Positions 47,901 to 62,406 of a stretch of DNA of 64,000 nucleotides are shown here, one piece after another. A program made the position numbers and the translations under genes. Origin of the DNA: Novakomyces olei (taxonomy: Eukaryota); assembly GCA_016906335.1 (NCBI GenBank), contig JADEYG010000003.1:868001-932000 (forward strand), written 5' to 3'. The notes beneath the pieces are model-generated. The model had not been told where the DNA came from, ran no database searches, and worked only from the letters and a program-made list of their open reading frames with translations. The stretch's first letter is position 1; each line of letters begins with the position of its first letter.

Positions 47901-50880
47901 ATGACGACAGTCATACCTCGAGAAGACGAGGGCGGCGACCGCGCCCCCTCGCCAGCGGCGACCGTCAGAAGATCAATGTCGACTTCAAGGCAACGTGCGG
48001 AATCTTACTCGCGACACGATATGCAGGAAATTGCACACGCGGAACGTACAGTATCACGAATTCAGGAGGAAGAAGGCGAAGATGATCACGATGACACTGC
48101 TTCGCGAGGACTGCACCGCTCAAAGAGTAAAAAGGTATGAAAAGGCAAAGGACATGCTTTTTTAGAGTGATTTTTAGTTTTTTTATAAAATAACCGGTTT
48201 TGATACTAATTGTTAGGATGAAATGGACGAGTTTGAACGGCTTACGCGCCCCGATGTTGTAGCACCTAAACCATTTAGACCGCCAGAAGAGCCACTGACA
48301 ATGGTGGGCAAAGCGTTCAAATTTCTGCACAAAACAAATTTTATTTTCCGGTACCTTGTGTACATTATCCCGGTGGGTGTTCTCCTCCTCGTACCGATTA
48401 TTATGGGAGCCGCCCGTGGAGACGTCCATAATTGGTCGGTGGGAGGTGTGGAGCTGATGTGGATGGGAATCTGGTGGGAGATTATTTGGCTGACGCTGTG
48501 GGCTTCCAGGGTAGCCGCCAAAATGATGCCTTACTTGGTGGCAGTTTTTGTTTCCCTTTTTTCCAATGACTACAAGACTTACAAGGACATGTCTGTCGCA
48601 CTTGAACCCCCCATCACACTGTTTTTCTGGTGGCTTTCTATCGTTGTTTCCTTCCGTCCTATCTGCAAGGAGCATAATATCCACGGGAATACTGGCCTGC
48701 TCACCTGGCAAAAGCAAGCCTGGCGGGTTATGCTCGTCATTTTCATTGCCATGGTAATCAACTTGGTAGAAAAAATTATTATTCAGTTAATTGCCATCTC
48801 TTTCCATCGTCGCCAGTACGAAGACCGGATTGTAATGAACCGGTTTGCCATTGACCAGCTGGCTAAATTGTACGATTATTCGAGAAAGCGATCAAAACTG
48901 TTTGAATCTGAAGTCAAGCACGGGCACAAGGAGAACTTTTTCAAGTTTGCCAACCGCAAAGAAGGCGATAGATCGGGCGGACTGACTCCCGAGGAAGATC
49001 CCGGGACACTGACTCCCAACATCGACAAGGCACTGCTACGGACGCAAGATGTCATGAATACTACTATGAAGGGAGCCAAAAAAGCAGTCGCCTCTGCGGG
49101 CGATGCTATTGGCAAAATGGCGGGAGAAATCGGGAACCGCAGAGTAGAAAACTCTACTGCTCCAAGGCAAGTAGTCCTGCAGCTGATCTCTACAACGTCT
49201 GGTGCACAAACACTAGCGCGGCAATTATTCAAGACGTTCCTTAAACCCGACCGGGACAGTATTAATCAGGAAGATTTGATGCCCGTCTACCAGGTGACTT
49301 CGTTTGACGGAGTTAAGGAGACAGTGCAGACTAATCAGGAAGAGCTGGACGCAGCCTATCAGCTGTTTGACAAGGATATGAATGGCGATCTGTCCTGCGA
49401 AGAGCTCGAGTGGTCGTTTGTCGAGATTGGCAGGGAGAGAAAGGCAATTATGAGCAGTCTGAAGGACCTGGATAACGCGGTTAGCAAGCTGAACGATATC
49501 CTAATGGTTATTGTATCCATTATTGTCATCTTGATTTTTCTGTGCATGATTGCCTCTGGGTTCAGTGGCATTCTCACCTCTGCCGGAACAACACTTCTGG
49601 GCCTTTCCTGGCTGTTTTCTGCTACTGCACAAGAATTGCTGGCAAGTATTGTCTTTGTCTTTGTCAAGCACCCCTTTGACGTGGGCGACCGTATCGATGT
49701 GCAGTTCAATGGGGCAGTTACCTCACTGATAGTAAAAGAAATCAGTTTGCTAGCAACCGAGTTTAAAGGACTCGATAATAAAATCTACCAGGCACCCAAC
49801 AATGTCCTCAACCAGCTCTTTATCCTGAACCACAGGCGTACGGGCCAAGTGGCGGAGGCAGTCTTTGTCAACCTTAAATTTGGCACTACACTTGAGCAGA
49901 TAATGGCCCTGAGGGATGCTCAAGCGGACTTTGTGCGACTGGAAAAACGGGATTTTACTGCGGATGTGGTGACAGAGCTTTGCGATATTCCTGACTTGTT
50001 GATGGTTAATTTAAAGGTCGTCTTTTTCCACAAGAGCAACTGGCAAAACGAGGGCTCCAGGATGGCTCGTCGTAACAAGTTTATGTGTGCATTAATGACG
50101 AATATCCAAGCACTCGGTATCGAACCGGCGCTCAACTTGCAACCGGGCAAAACGCAAGTCAGCCCTGTTTACCTCGCCTACCAGCAGCCCCCACCGGGCT
50201 ACAGTCCGCCCCGGCCTGGCCCTGGAGGCAGTGGCAGTACCGGCAACAGTGCTGGTATCGGCAGCAGCAACTCTGCCTCTGACGGCCACGAGGCCAACTA
50301 TAACCATCCTCAACTGCACTCGGCCCTTCGAAGGGGCCCGTCTGTGTTGCAGGCGAGAAAGCACGTTGATTTCTCTCTCGGAGCGGCCGATATGGTCTCA
50401 CGCGACCCAACAACTGACCTCGACGATACGTGGAAACCCAATGTTCCGGAAGTTGCACTGGAGCAAAATGGATCAGAAGACCAACGCAGGCAGGCAGAAT
50501 TGCGACGTCGACGGGCCACAAGCACAGGTCCTTCAGAGGCTTCACGCTCGCCCTCACGAGCAAGTGCTGGACCTCTTTCGCAGCATACAGCCGGACGGCC
50601 TTCAGTCGATGACGGAGCCAGTGTACGCAGTCGGCCAAACAGGTTTGGGTTTATTCCTTCACTGCACAGAAAGAGTGAGAGTGAAAACCATAATGCTGCT
50701 CCAGATGACGCAGGAGAGGACGTTGAAAAGTTTGCTGATTCCCAGGGACACGCAATGTCCCCTGTATCCACTGCTCAAGAGTTTCACTCGCCCCGGCTGC
50801 CGAACCCTGTCGACCGAGTTCCCAGCGAAGCAGTGGATGATGTCAGTTCTATACAGGAAAGTATCCGTCGAGTGCAATAG
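47901..50880 (+). CDS. MscS-like mechanosensitive channel (Msy1/Msy2 type) with EF hand; intron 48135-48216
   Basis: EKIIIQLIAISFHRRQYEDRI, EF-hand DKDMNGDLSCEE (49369-49404), MscS motif FVFVKHPFDVGDRI, APNNVL, NWQNE...RRNKFMCAL. Confidence 0.92.
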
Positions 50881-51262
50881 CCGTTTCTCCACACGTCACA
50901 AGCAGGCTCTTTTGACTCGTGAAGGCAGGCCGGCTCTTTTGTATCACCTGACCCACCCATCTTTGCTATATGCTTTTTATGAACTCTTCTACGCGTAGAT
51001 GCTTGACGGCAGCCTTTGGTCTGTCTTTTTTCTTGGCAAGATCACTGTTTATTAATTCCGTAACTTTCCCATTCTTTAGTTCCGTGTCTCTGCTTGTTTA
51101 TATGATTATTTATTTTGGATGCGATCGTGCTGCGTTGGATAGACTTTATTTTCTGTATTTCCTGCATCAGCTACGAAGGATGCGGATACTGCGAAAGCAA
51201 CGAAACTGGCGCAATTGATTGGTTGCTCAACGATTTGAGCCAGATGTACTTTGAATCAAATT

Positions 51263-51361
51263 ATACAATAAATACAATAAATACAATAAATACAATAAAT
51301 ACAATAAATACAATAAATACAATAAATACAATAAATACAATAAATACAATAAATACAATAA
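51263..51361. repeat. (ATACAATAA)11 minisatellite
   Basis: Perfect 9-mer tandem array. Confidence 0.95.
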
Positions 51362-51452
51362 ATAAACAAAGTCGCTACACACAATATTTGTCATGTAATA
51401 CAATTACATATGCCACCTAACACTATTATACTATTATGATAAAAACGTATAT

Positions 51453-51475
51453 AGGGTAGGGTTATAGTAGTCACA
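51453..51475 (+). promoter_or_regulatory. Homol-E (AGGGTAGGGT) plus Homol-D-like (TAGTCACA) ribosomal-protein promoter elements
   Basis: Exact Homol-E at 51453-51462 and a 7/8 match to CAGTCACA at 51468-51475, about 70 nt upstream of the RPL29 ATG, in the S. pombe order. Confidence 0.75.
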
Positions 51476-51545
51476 CAGACTCGGTGATTGCCAAACAAAA
51501 CAATATAGATTATTCAACGACTGCACTTGTGTGTTAAACGTCGCA

Positions 51546-51786
51546 ATGGCCAAGTCAAAGAATCACACGAATCACAACCAAAACAAGAAGGCGCACAAGT
51601 ATGTGAAATTGTTTTCAGTCGATATCTAACACTGTAATCAGGAACGGCATCAAGAAGCCGAAGGTGCACCGATATCCGTCATTGAAGTACCGGGATCCCA
51701 AGTTTCGACGCAACCACAAGTTTGCGCTCCACGGCACTCAGCGAGCCCTCAAGGAGAAGAAGGAAGGCAAGCGCGATACTGTCTAA
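51546..51786 (+). CDS. RPL29: 60S ribosomal protein eL29; intron 51599-51641 (not in ORF track)
   Basis: [48 protein letters not shown]. Confidence 0.96.
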
Positions 51787-52164
51787 GCTCTCTGTCGAGA
51801 AGAGTGATACGACAACGTCAATTATGTATTGAGCGCACATAAACACATTAAAGCATTCTCATCAAATTGATCTCCATGTAATTTTCCAATCCTTGAATGT
51901 AGCGATTTCGTTGGGCGAGCTGAAGTATAGTTCGGATATAGTTCAAGAACGAATGGTTTGATAGGATTTGAACAGAAATTGAAGATTGGCACCAAATCTC
52001 GAATGACCTAAAAGACGAATGAAATTTGGGTAAGGTTGGCGACTATACAAGATATTTACCAGTCTATCAGTTCTGGATTCAATGTACAAGATCCAATAAT
52101 TATAGATGGTATCAATACTGCAATCGACCATTAAGATCGATGGTTTTGCCCGGCATGCATTGCC

Positions 52165-54104
52165 CTAATCCCAATACTTTACAAGGCCTAAAACAAGTTA
52201 GCGACATTTATGAAACTCAATCCCAACATACCATCACGAAGACCAGCTGTGGCCACCTTGGACGTCTCCTGCGGATTCCACGCCAAAGAAATACACGGCC
52301 CTTCGTGTGCCTTTATCTTACTCAGTAATGCACTTGTTTTCCAATCTAAAATACAAGTCAGCCATGTAAAAATATTATTTGATAACAAATAAGCGTACCC
52401 CAAAAACAGGCATATCCTCCAGCATCGCCAGACATAATGAAACGACCATCAGGCGAGAAATTTACTTGCACGGCATAACCTCCGCAACCCTCACCCTTGA
52501 AGATCTTGCGACGGTGACGGCGGAACTTGTCTTCTGCCTGAAAGACCAGGATTTCATTCGCGAGAGACTGGGCAGCGACGTATTTCCCAGAAGGATGAAG
52601 GGCCACTGATGGCATAGAGTGCATTGTGGGATCGGCCACAAATTTGATAGGCACTGGGATCCCATACTCCCAAACTCTCAAAGACTTGTCGTCTGAAGTA
52701 GTCATAAACCGCCGATTGCGGTCCACAAAAGTCACTGTATTTACGGGTCCAAGATGATGATCGTACTCTTGCACAATTTCTGCTGTTCGTGTATCAAACT
52801 GTACAATCTTCTTGTCAGACATGCCGGCCAGGAACTCGTGCTTGTACTCCTCCGTAGGGTTGAACCGGACACAATGAGGCAGCTTCCCAGTCGTAAACCG
52901 GCTCACTACTTGACCCGTCTCTGTATCCCATAGCTTGATGTACCGATCAAAGCTGGCCGTCAAAAATTGCCTTCCGTCGTTGGTAAAACAGGTATCGGTA
53001 ATAGTCTTTTTATGGCCAGAGTAGCTACGCAGTAATTCTCGTTCGTGGAAACAGTCCCATAGCTTCGCTTTACCATCCATTCCGGCAGACAGTAAAAGGT
53101 GGCCATGCCTTGGGAAAAACTTGACTGTCGAGACGCCTTGGGGATGAGCGTTCCACGTTTTTATAGAGCGCTTAGGTAAAAAGCATTCTTGCTCTCCAGG
53201 ATCTTTGTCCAAGTTTATGTCCAAATCCTGAGGGACATGCATGTACGTCCGCCCCAAGTAATCGTACATACTAGAGCCATGGAATACCGATTTTTCTGTG
53301 TCCTTTTTACGCGTCTCCACGGGGTTTGCTGCTTGTTCTATAGGCTTTTCGACTTTTTGTTCCTCCTCATCCTCCTCCTCCTCCTCCTCTCCTTCTTCAT
53401 CATCTTCATACCCCGGACTAGACTCTTCAGCAACGTACCGAGCCCAGGGGCCCTTGTACTCTCCGTCGCCTTCGACGACAGCCACGTCACCAAAATCTTC
53501 TCGTTTCCTTTTGAGCGCTGAAATCACCTCTCTCTCTGTCCGTGAATTTGTTACTGTAGCTGCAATTTCTTGTGCTTTATTCCGATCGCCCACGTACCGA
53601 TTTTGGCCAATCGCACTCACCGATGGATCAGCGGCAAAGCCATAGCGCTGAAACGATCTGTGCTGTTCGTTAAACGCTTCTGGTGCAAAGAACTGATCTT
53701 CTGCGTAGCCTATTAAATTAGTAAACCTGTTTAAAGATAAAAGTCTCTTTTTCAAGGTCAGGGTATCTTCATTTCAGACATTACCTGTAGGAATATTCCT
53801 GCGATCCAAACTGCTCTTTGCTCCAAAAGGCGTCTCTGGTCCAAGACTCGGTTTGTGCATATCTTTCCAAGCGACGTTATACGTCATCTCGTTATTCGCA
53901 GTGTTGGCGACAATCATTTTCCTGTGCTGAGCGTCCTAAACGTTAGTTTGGCAATACTATGCTGGTCAGTACCTCCAGGCTCACTGAGGGCGCTGCTTTT
54001 ACTTGGCCCATATTTTGAGCCACAGATTTCCGCTGAGCATTCGCATTTGACGGCACCGCGTCCGCCTCTACGCTATCGTCGCTGCCGTACCCTTCAACTA
54101 ACAT
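52165..54104 (-). CDS. PRP17: Pre-mRNA splicing factor Prp17/Cdc40 (WD40), multi-exon
   Basis: DYLGRTYMHVPQDL, HLLLSAGMDGKAKLWD, QEYDHHLGPVNTVTF, MHSMP, WNPQETSKVATAG, ends VKYWD*; start MLVEGYGSDD. Confidence 0.94.
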
Positions 54105-54137
54105 GCCGTGCTACCATTAGTCGCAGCGCAATTGCTC

Positions 54138-54379
<242 letters not shown>

Positions 54380-54425
54380 CGTCGTGCATGCAGCTGCAAT
54401 CTTCATCGGCAGCTGAGTCTGTTGA

Positions 54426-57220
54426 ATGTGGGTACTGAGCGGGATTGACGGTATTCTAGGAGGTAAAATTTTAAAAGGCTTTTAATTTCAATAAAGTCTG
54501 TTAATGTAAAAGGCAAACAGTACTGGCTTGAACCTGGTCGAGAGTATGGTGTGGGGCGTAGAGGTATTAAACGCAGACTGTATACCATTGTGATTTTAAT
54601 GAAAAGGCCCCGATATTTTTGCTCAATATACGGCCGCAATAAGCAAGGCTCATATGGTTCTTCGTGTCGAGTCATTAAGCGACAATCCATATGTACGAAC
54701 GATGAGTCTTATTGACTTTAATGCTAATCGGCCTTTTAGAACAACCCGCTAAGGTCGCGAGTATTTGTCAAGGATCTTAAATCAAAGTTTCATACGCTTG
54801 TCAATGGGAAGATCCTGGGCGAACCAGAGCATTTGCTCACCGGAACGAGCAATCTTATTCGTATGGGCCAGAGCAATCCTGATCATTTAAGGTTGGCCAT
54901 TTACCACCGCACTCTGTTTTCCTTCCTGCTAGTTTTCGATATATATCTTTGTCAACATTTGTTAATTCGCTGACAGCCTAAACTGGGTACCTTGCACTAT
55001 TGCTTGCTCGCCATCGTTAGCTGAAGAAGCCACTAGTCTCAACATGCATGGTACGTTTTACAGTTCATTTATCTGATCGCAGACATAAAGACGACGAGTA
55101 CTCCTTACACAGGCGCGTACTGTGCTTGTTTTGACTCCAAGGAAATTGGAGCTCTTGAAGCGTACATTGCCGACGTACAGTTGGTCTCTATTTCTTTCTG
55201 GACACGGTTAAAGGCGTGGGCACTGGCCGATACCTTTCCCAAGGAATTCGATCCTCCTAAGCCTAGAGACTTCCCTATTGATAATGGAGCCATCAAACCT
55301 GTTTTGAGGCCGTCTAAGAATTTGCTAAAGGGCATCAAATTTGGGTTTGAGACAGTTTTTTTGGTACGTGTCAAATCACTAAGAGTTTTCTAATCCACAG
55401 AGGGACCAATACCTTCGAGCAATATCACTTGCAGAGGGGAAAGCAGTCGTATGCGAAGGGAACACGTTTGATTATTTTGTGAGCGACAAGCCAAACAAAG
55501 TCACGTATGCTAAATCTTTTGTTTATTCTAATAAGGTAGCAATGTGCCACATGTCTCGTTTGACCTTTTGTTCAAAATTATATACACAAACGACCTGAGT
55601 CTGTTGCCTGCCCGGCGAGCGCAAAATGATGCCGAAACTGAAAGTTTCGACACTTTTAATGAACAGTCTACAAAATCTTCTAAACCTGCCGGACAGGAGC
55701 CAAAAAGCCGCCCGACAATACCCGTTGTAGCCGATCAACCATTGGCGAAAAAGAGGACTCTGACAAAGGTTTGGAATTTTTAAAAATTTTTTGCTCAAAC
55801 ATTTAACCAGTTTTCAGCAATTTTCCAGTTGTTTTTAACTTTTATGTTGCAAATCTAATCCTGCAGGCGCCTATTGCGACAGAAACTGATTTTATGAAAG
55901 ACATATTCAATTTTGGCGGTATGGATCCCCTCGATTCTGCGCCCAAAATACCCTCACAAACCAAAGAAGGGACTGGCCACAAAATTACCGATCATCACAA
56001 AAATACTGATCAGCCTGCCTCTCGTCCAGCAAAAAGATTGAAAAGGCTAGAGAGCGCGATGGTTCAGGACGACCCCAAATCATGGGACATTTTTGGCTTT
56101 GCGTCTCCGCAAGCAAAGACCAGCTCATCGACTTTGCAACCCGCAAACAGCTCTCAGACCCGTCGGGATACACAGGGAGAGCTTTGTAGATCAGTCCCGT
56201 CTCAGGGCAGCAGACCATCTCGTAAACCTACAGTGCTGGAGACTCTTGCGCCGTCAAACGCAGAATTCAAGAACAAACAGGCTGACGCCGCACAGAACGA
56301 AACGACTTTGACTCACGATCCTTTGAACAACCAACAAGAAACTGCGGCCTTCCCCAGCGAAGCCAATCCGTCGAAAAGGGCATTAACAGGCAGTACAAAC
56401 AAGCCTGCTTCCCAGCGAAAACGGACTGTATTTACGGTTGACGATGAAGCGTTTCTTGATCGCACGTTTGAGCGATTAAATAGTGATCTCGTCCCCGTTA
56501 GCGGTGCAGAGTCTCACAGCTCTTGGCTCGACGACCTTGAACGGAACAGTCGTCGCAACGATTTGGCTGTTGTACAGACGTTTGACATTCAGCCCAGATC
56601 ATTTTCTAATACTAATACGCCACTGTCCCCTGTGCGGCGCTGGCAGAATACTCCAAATTTCAAGGGATTTCAAAGTGTAAGTTAAATTTATTTATTTTGC
56701 TTTATTGTTTAAAATTATTTTCTTGTATTCATGCTTTTTATTATGTCCAGTTTCAGATATAAATAATTTCAACTCTTTGTTCCTGCTTTAAATTCATTAA
56801 TTTTTTTAAAATGTCCTGATTTCGATTTTAATAAAGTTTAATCCCTATCATTTCGATTATTAATATAATCAGCCTTGCTTTCTAACCATACACTAGAACA
56901 AATTGAGAAACAATTTAAGGCCGCGCAGGTATCAGCCAAAGCTGGCAACAGTACCAATGGAGGAGTACAGGCCGCCTTCATTCGGTATTGGTCAAGGTAG
57001 GAACAACACTGTAAAACCTCTTATAAAAGCTATTATATATACAACTAACTCTCAAGACATTGAATGGGCTCAAGATAGGCATTCCACGGAATCCACGAGA
57101 CAAACTGTTAATGTATCTACAAGAGAGCGGCCAACAGCGGCCAGCTCACATAACGCCCCGCTCTTTATGGCCGAGGAGGATGACAGTGACGAAGATGATC
57201 CTCTAAAGTTCCGACTGTAA
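54426..57220 (+). CDS. NBS1: Nibrin / Nbs1 (MRN complex): FHA, putative BRCT region, Mre11- and Tel1-binding tails; many exons
   Basis: Spliced N-terminus MWVLSGIDGKQYWLEPGREYGVGRR...ISKAH...VKDLKSKFHTLVNG (FHA); NFKGF (Mre11-binding motif); acidic tail EEDDSDEDDPLKFRL*. Middle exons not fully resolved. Confidence 0.85.
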
Positions 57221-57439
57221 TTGATGTCGTCTTTGAGTTAGAAGCTGGCAATACATAAAAATAAAACAGAAAAATGTATATACAAATTATTCAAATACCC
57301 CTTACATATTTACAATAATTTCAATAATAAAGACAAACAGTAATGGGAGAATACTAAACACATACACATAAATACAAACAAAACGAAAATACAACGATAA
57401 TGGCAATCAGCCTACCCACATATCAGCAACGTAAAGCTG

Positions 57440-58625
57440 CTAATGCAAAGCCTTGGACGTCAGCCTCTTCGAGGCCAACAGCACAATAAAAGTGTACCGA
57501 GAAAACAGCTCTCGGAAATAAAACAGGATAGCCTGTGTCAAAACTGCCTTTGTAATTTGTGCATTCATCCCCGTATAACAGCCACGAATACCATTCTTTT
57601 TAAAGGCTGCGCGTACAATCTGCAGGGAAGATTGCTTGGGTGCCTCTTCACCATCCAAATTCTTTACTGGCCTAGCTTGCATTCGTGTTTTTGCCATTAT
57701 ATACGGATATGTGGCAATGGTGGCCACAGTCTTTGCCAGCGCGCCCACTAGAAAGGCCTCTCCGGGAGTAAGAGTGCTAGAATAATAAGAGTTTTTTGAT
57801 GTACGCCGTTCGATTATGAGCCTCTCAAGACGGGCAAAAAGGCCATAAGTTATAGCCGGATTACCACACAAAACTACTGACGGCTTCAATCCGGAATACA
57901 GACCCGTCCAACCGTCCTTGGCGACTATTTCTCGAACTGCTTCTTTAAATGACAATTCATGATCACTGGTTTGCTGCCTTGTAGTACAGACAGAGACAGG
58001 GATAGTGCATAGTTGAGCAAGTATTCCTGCAAGGGCCCCAAGCAAAAGTTCCTCTGCGGTTCCTACTAAATTAGTAAAAGCGCCGAAAATGAGCAGAGTA
58101 ATTCGGCGGACTCAAATACAAACAGAGTAGATGTATGAAAATGCTTATGGTTTGTCCAAAAGGTGATTTGACTAAACAGCATGAAAGCTCGAACGCGTAT
58201 TTACTCAATATTAAAAAAATCCAAATTAACAAATGAAAAAGTAAATTAATTAATTAATTAAGAATTAAAAAAAATACAAAACCATCAAACTGTAAATTTG
58301 TCTAAACTCAAGTCATACCCAGCTTCTGATGTGCCCTGGACCAATTTGAGCGTAAAAACTTGTACCAGTAAAAATAAGTAAACGCTGAAGAAGCTGTCCC
58401 GACCAGACTGCTGCTTATTCCGCGGTACAAACCCTGTACGCCGTGCATCTCAAAGATCTGACGAAAGAGACTGGAAGCCGAGGCTTTAGCTGACTCGCCA
58501 TTGTGACCGTGGATCTGTAGCCTTGTCTTTACAATATCTAACGGGTAAACCACAGAGTTGGCAAAGACTGCCGCTGAAGCTCCGGCAAGAGCGTCTGCCC
58601 ACGCTGGCAATTGCTCTTCGGACAT
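57440..58625 (-). CDS. ANT1: Peroxisomal adenine nucleotide transporter (mitochondrial carrier family); one intron, about 58063-58318
   Basis: YPLDIVKTRLQ, FTYFYWY, GTAEELLLGALAG, TIPVSVCTTRQQT, LCGNPAITYG, TYPYIMAKTRMQ, QITKAVLTQAILF. Confidence 0.85.
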
Positions 58626-59182
58626 TGGATTCCGTTCCCCACAGTTACGCGGGAGATAACGTGGAGAAGGTTAGTGAGTAAATAATATAAAGAGAGGTTT
58701 ATAGTAGAATACAGCTAATGATAAATTGCCGGTTTATTCGTAATAAAATAAATAAATAGATAAATAAAGATAAATAAATAAATAATTAATTAATTAATAA
58801 AGAAATAAAATAGAGATTATCTAGCAAATTATCGCCAATATATTGATCAATCTTTACACATTTAATTAGACGCATAATCAATTACATACAAAAAGGAACC
58901 ATACGTGCGCAAAGGCCATCATAGTCATCATTCGAACTGCCTTTTGACTAATCATTTCAAAACAAAGACAGATAGACTTGTGATGTAATTTTCTTTTCTA
59001 AATTAATTTTCGCCATTGTATCAAATGTAGGCACAAAACATGTCACGCAAGAGTCAGGTGAGACGGCGGCGTTTGTACTGAGGACATTCTCCACTTTACA
59101 CTATAAATGCCTCGTCAAAGTATCCCTCCTTCTCCCAACTTACACATCTCCAATCTTGATCTTTTACCACGCAATATCCAAA

Positions 59183-59749
59183 ATGAGCCGTGAACTCTAC
59201 GAGCAAACAGTGCAGCAATGCTGTGACCCACTAAATCACGGAGTGCCATTGCTCTCAGACATGAATCTGGAACACAACAAATCCTTCTGGGCCAATACTG
59301 CCTTTGAGGTGCTTTTGGGTACGGACGCGGGCCAGAGCCAGCATCAGCATCGCGACCGTACCAAATGCGAGATTAGATTCGGAGACTCTCGCCAGTCTTG
59401 CCGACTCGACGAGGCATTGAAAATGAAAGCAGGAAACAAGAACGTTTCCATTATTGCCCGCTGCCGATGCCTACAATCAGATCGGCGTAAACAGATCAGC
59501 TATATTGTCACTTCGAAAAACCAGTCGAGGTTTGAGCTCTGTGATGCTTGCTCTGACGATTTCTTCTATACTCACCCAGACGGCTGGGGAGTGGTCGAGT
59601 ACCAAAAGGACTACAATATCTACGGACCATTGCAAAGCAGCAACACTGGTGGCCGCAGCAAGTTTAAGCAATCGCTAAATAGAAGCAAGCGAGTAGTCGA
59701 GAGACCAAGACCACGTAGAGCTGCTGCCGCAAACCGCAAGCGTGCTTAA
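59183..59749 (+). CDS. Hypothetical Cys-containing protein with basic C-terminal tail; may have an extra 5' exon at 59040-59057
   Basis: About 190-codon ORF in a gene-sized gap with coding-like composition; no family recognised. Confidence 0.5.
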   Translation: MSRELYEQTVQQCCDPLNHGVPLLSDMNLEHNKSFWANTAFEVLLGTDAGQSQHQHRDRTKCEIRFGDSRQSCRLDEALKMKAGNKNVSIIARCRCLQSDRRKQISYIVTSKNQSRFELCDACSDDFFYTHPDGWGVVEYQKDYNIYGPLQSSNTGGRSKFKQSLNRSKRVVERPRPRRAAAANRKRA

Positions 59750-59944
59750 TCTGATTGAGCCCGAATTTGTTTTGAGCACGAGTCTGTTTTGAGCCAATTG
59801 CGTATAATACTCGATCGATTAATAATATCATAATCATCCTGGTTGAACTTGTAACATTGCTGCTCAAGCTCGAGCAAGCAGCAAATGATGTGTGCCGTAG
59901 AAAATTGGAAGGAAAATAATTATAAAATAATCTCCATGTTCAAA

Positions 59945-61495
<1,551 letters not shown>

Positions 61496-62029
61496 TAGCC
61501 AAGATCAAATATAATAAATACTATAATAATTTATTAAATATATTTAAATTATCTATAAATGATTATACTATTCAATTACGATCAAACTGAGCCAGAATTA
61601 AACTCTCAAAAAATTGTACATAAATATATGTTTTTATAAAATTATATTTTTTCTATATTTGATACAAAATGTTTATTGATATTATTGAAATAAATATTAA
61701 ATAATATTCAATTCTTAATAATATCAGCAGCATTAGTAATTAAAACTTGCTGTGTATTAGAATTTTTAAACTGGGTAATACTAATCGAATCGAAATAAAG
61801 ATTATAATTAAATCTTTTAAAATTAAACGAATAAGGAACGAATAATAAACGAATCAGGTTTGAATAGGAGACGAATGAGAAAAATGCGTATTGCTAGCAA
61901 TTAAGCCTCAGTTGCTATTTTATAACAGCCCCAATTTTACAGTGACACATTATGTAAGTAACGCTATCATTTATCTGACATGTCGCAATTAATTTGCACA
62001 GGCAAAAGCAGCCGACAGAGACGCACGCA

Positions 62030-62335
62030 ATGGCAGCACAGACGGACGGCCACTGGGTCAACGTTGCGATTATTGGTACAGTATAACTCTGTAAAAGGGC
62101 GACTGTCTAATTGGCTTCAGGTGTGGGCGGAGTCGGCTCCGAGCTGATCCGGCAAATCTACGAGTATAATGAGCGAATCGAACATGGGACACTGAACGCA
62201 GTGCCTTTGCGTGTAGTATGTATCGCACGCTCGAATGGTATGGCAAATGTTCATTGATTGGTTGATTGCATTTCAATGCCGCAGTTTCGTCTGTTTATTA
62301 GTCATCGTTGGAAATAATTTCGGTCATTTTAACTT

Positions 62336-62406
<71 letters not shown>

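Noticed and set aside
23528-50998. Many antisense or alternate-frame ORFs overlapping AIM21, the C2H2 gene and the MscS gene
   Set aside because: Shadow ORFs of long GC-richer coding regions with no independent motifs.
51115-51420. TIN-repeat ORF
   Set aside because: Translation of the 9-mer minisatellite; no other coding support.
58063-58068. TAGTAG tandem acceptor in the ANT1 intron
   Set aside because: Would change only one residue, and there is no evidence it is used.
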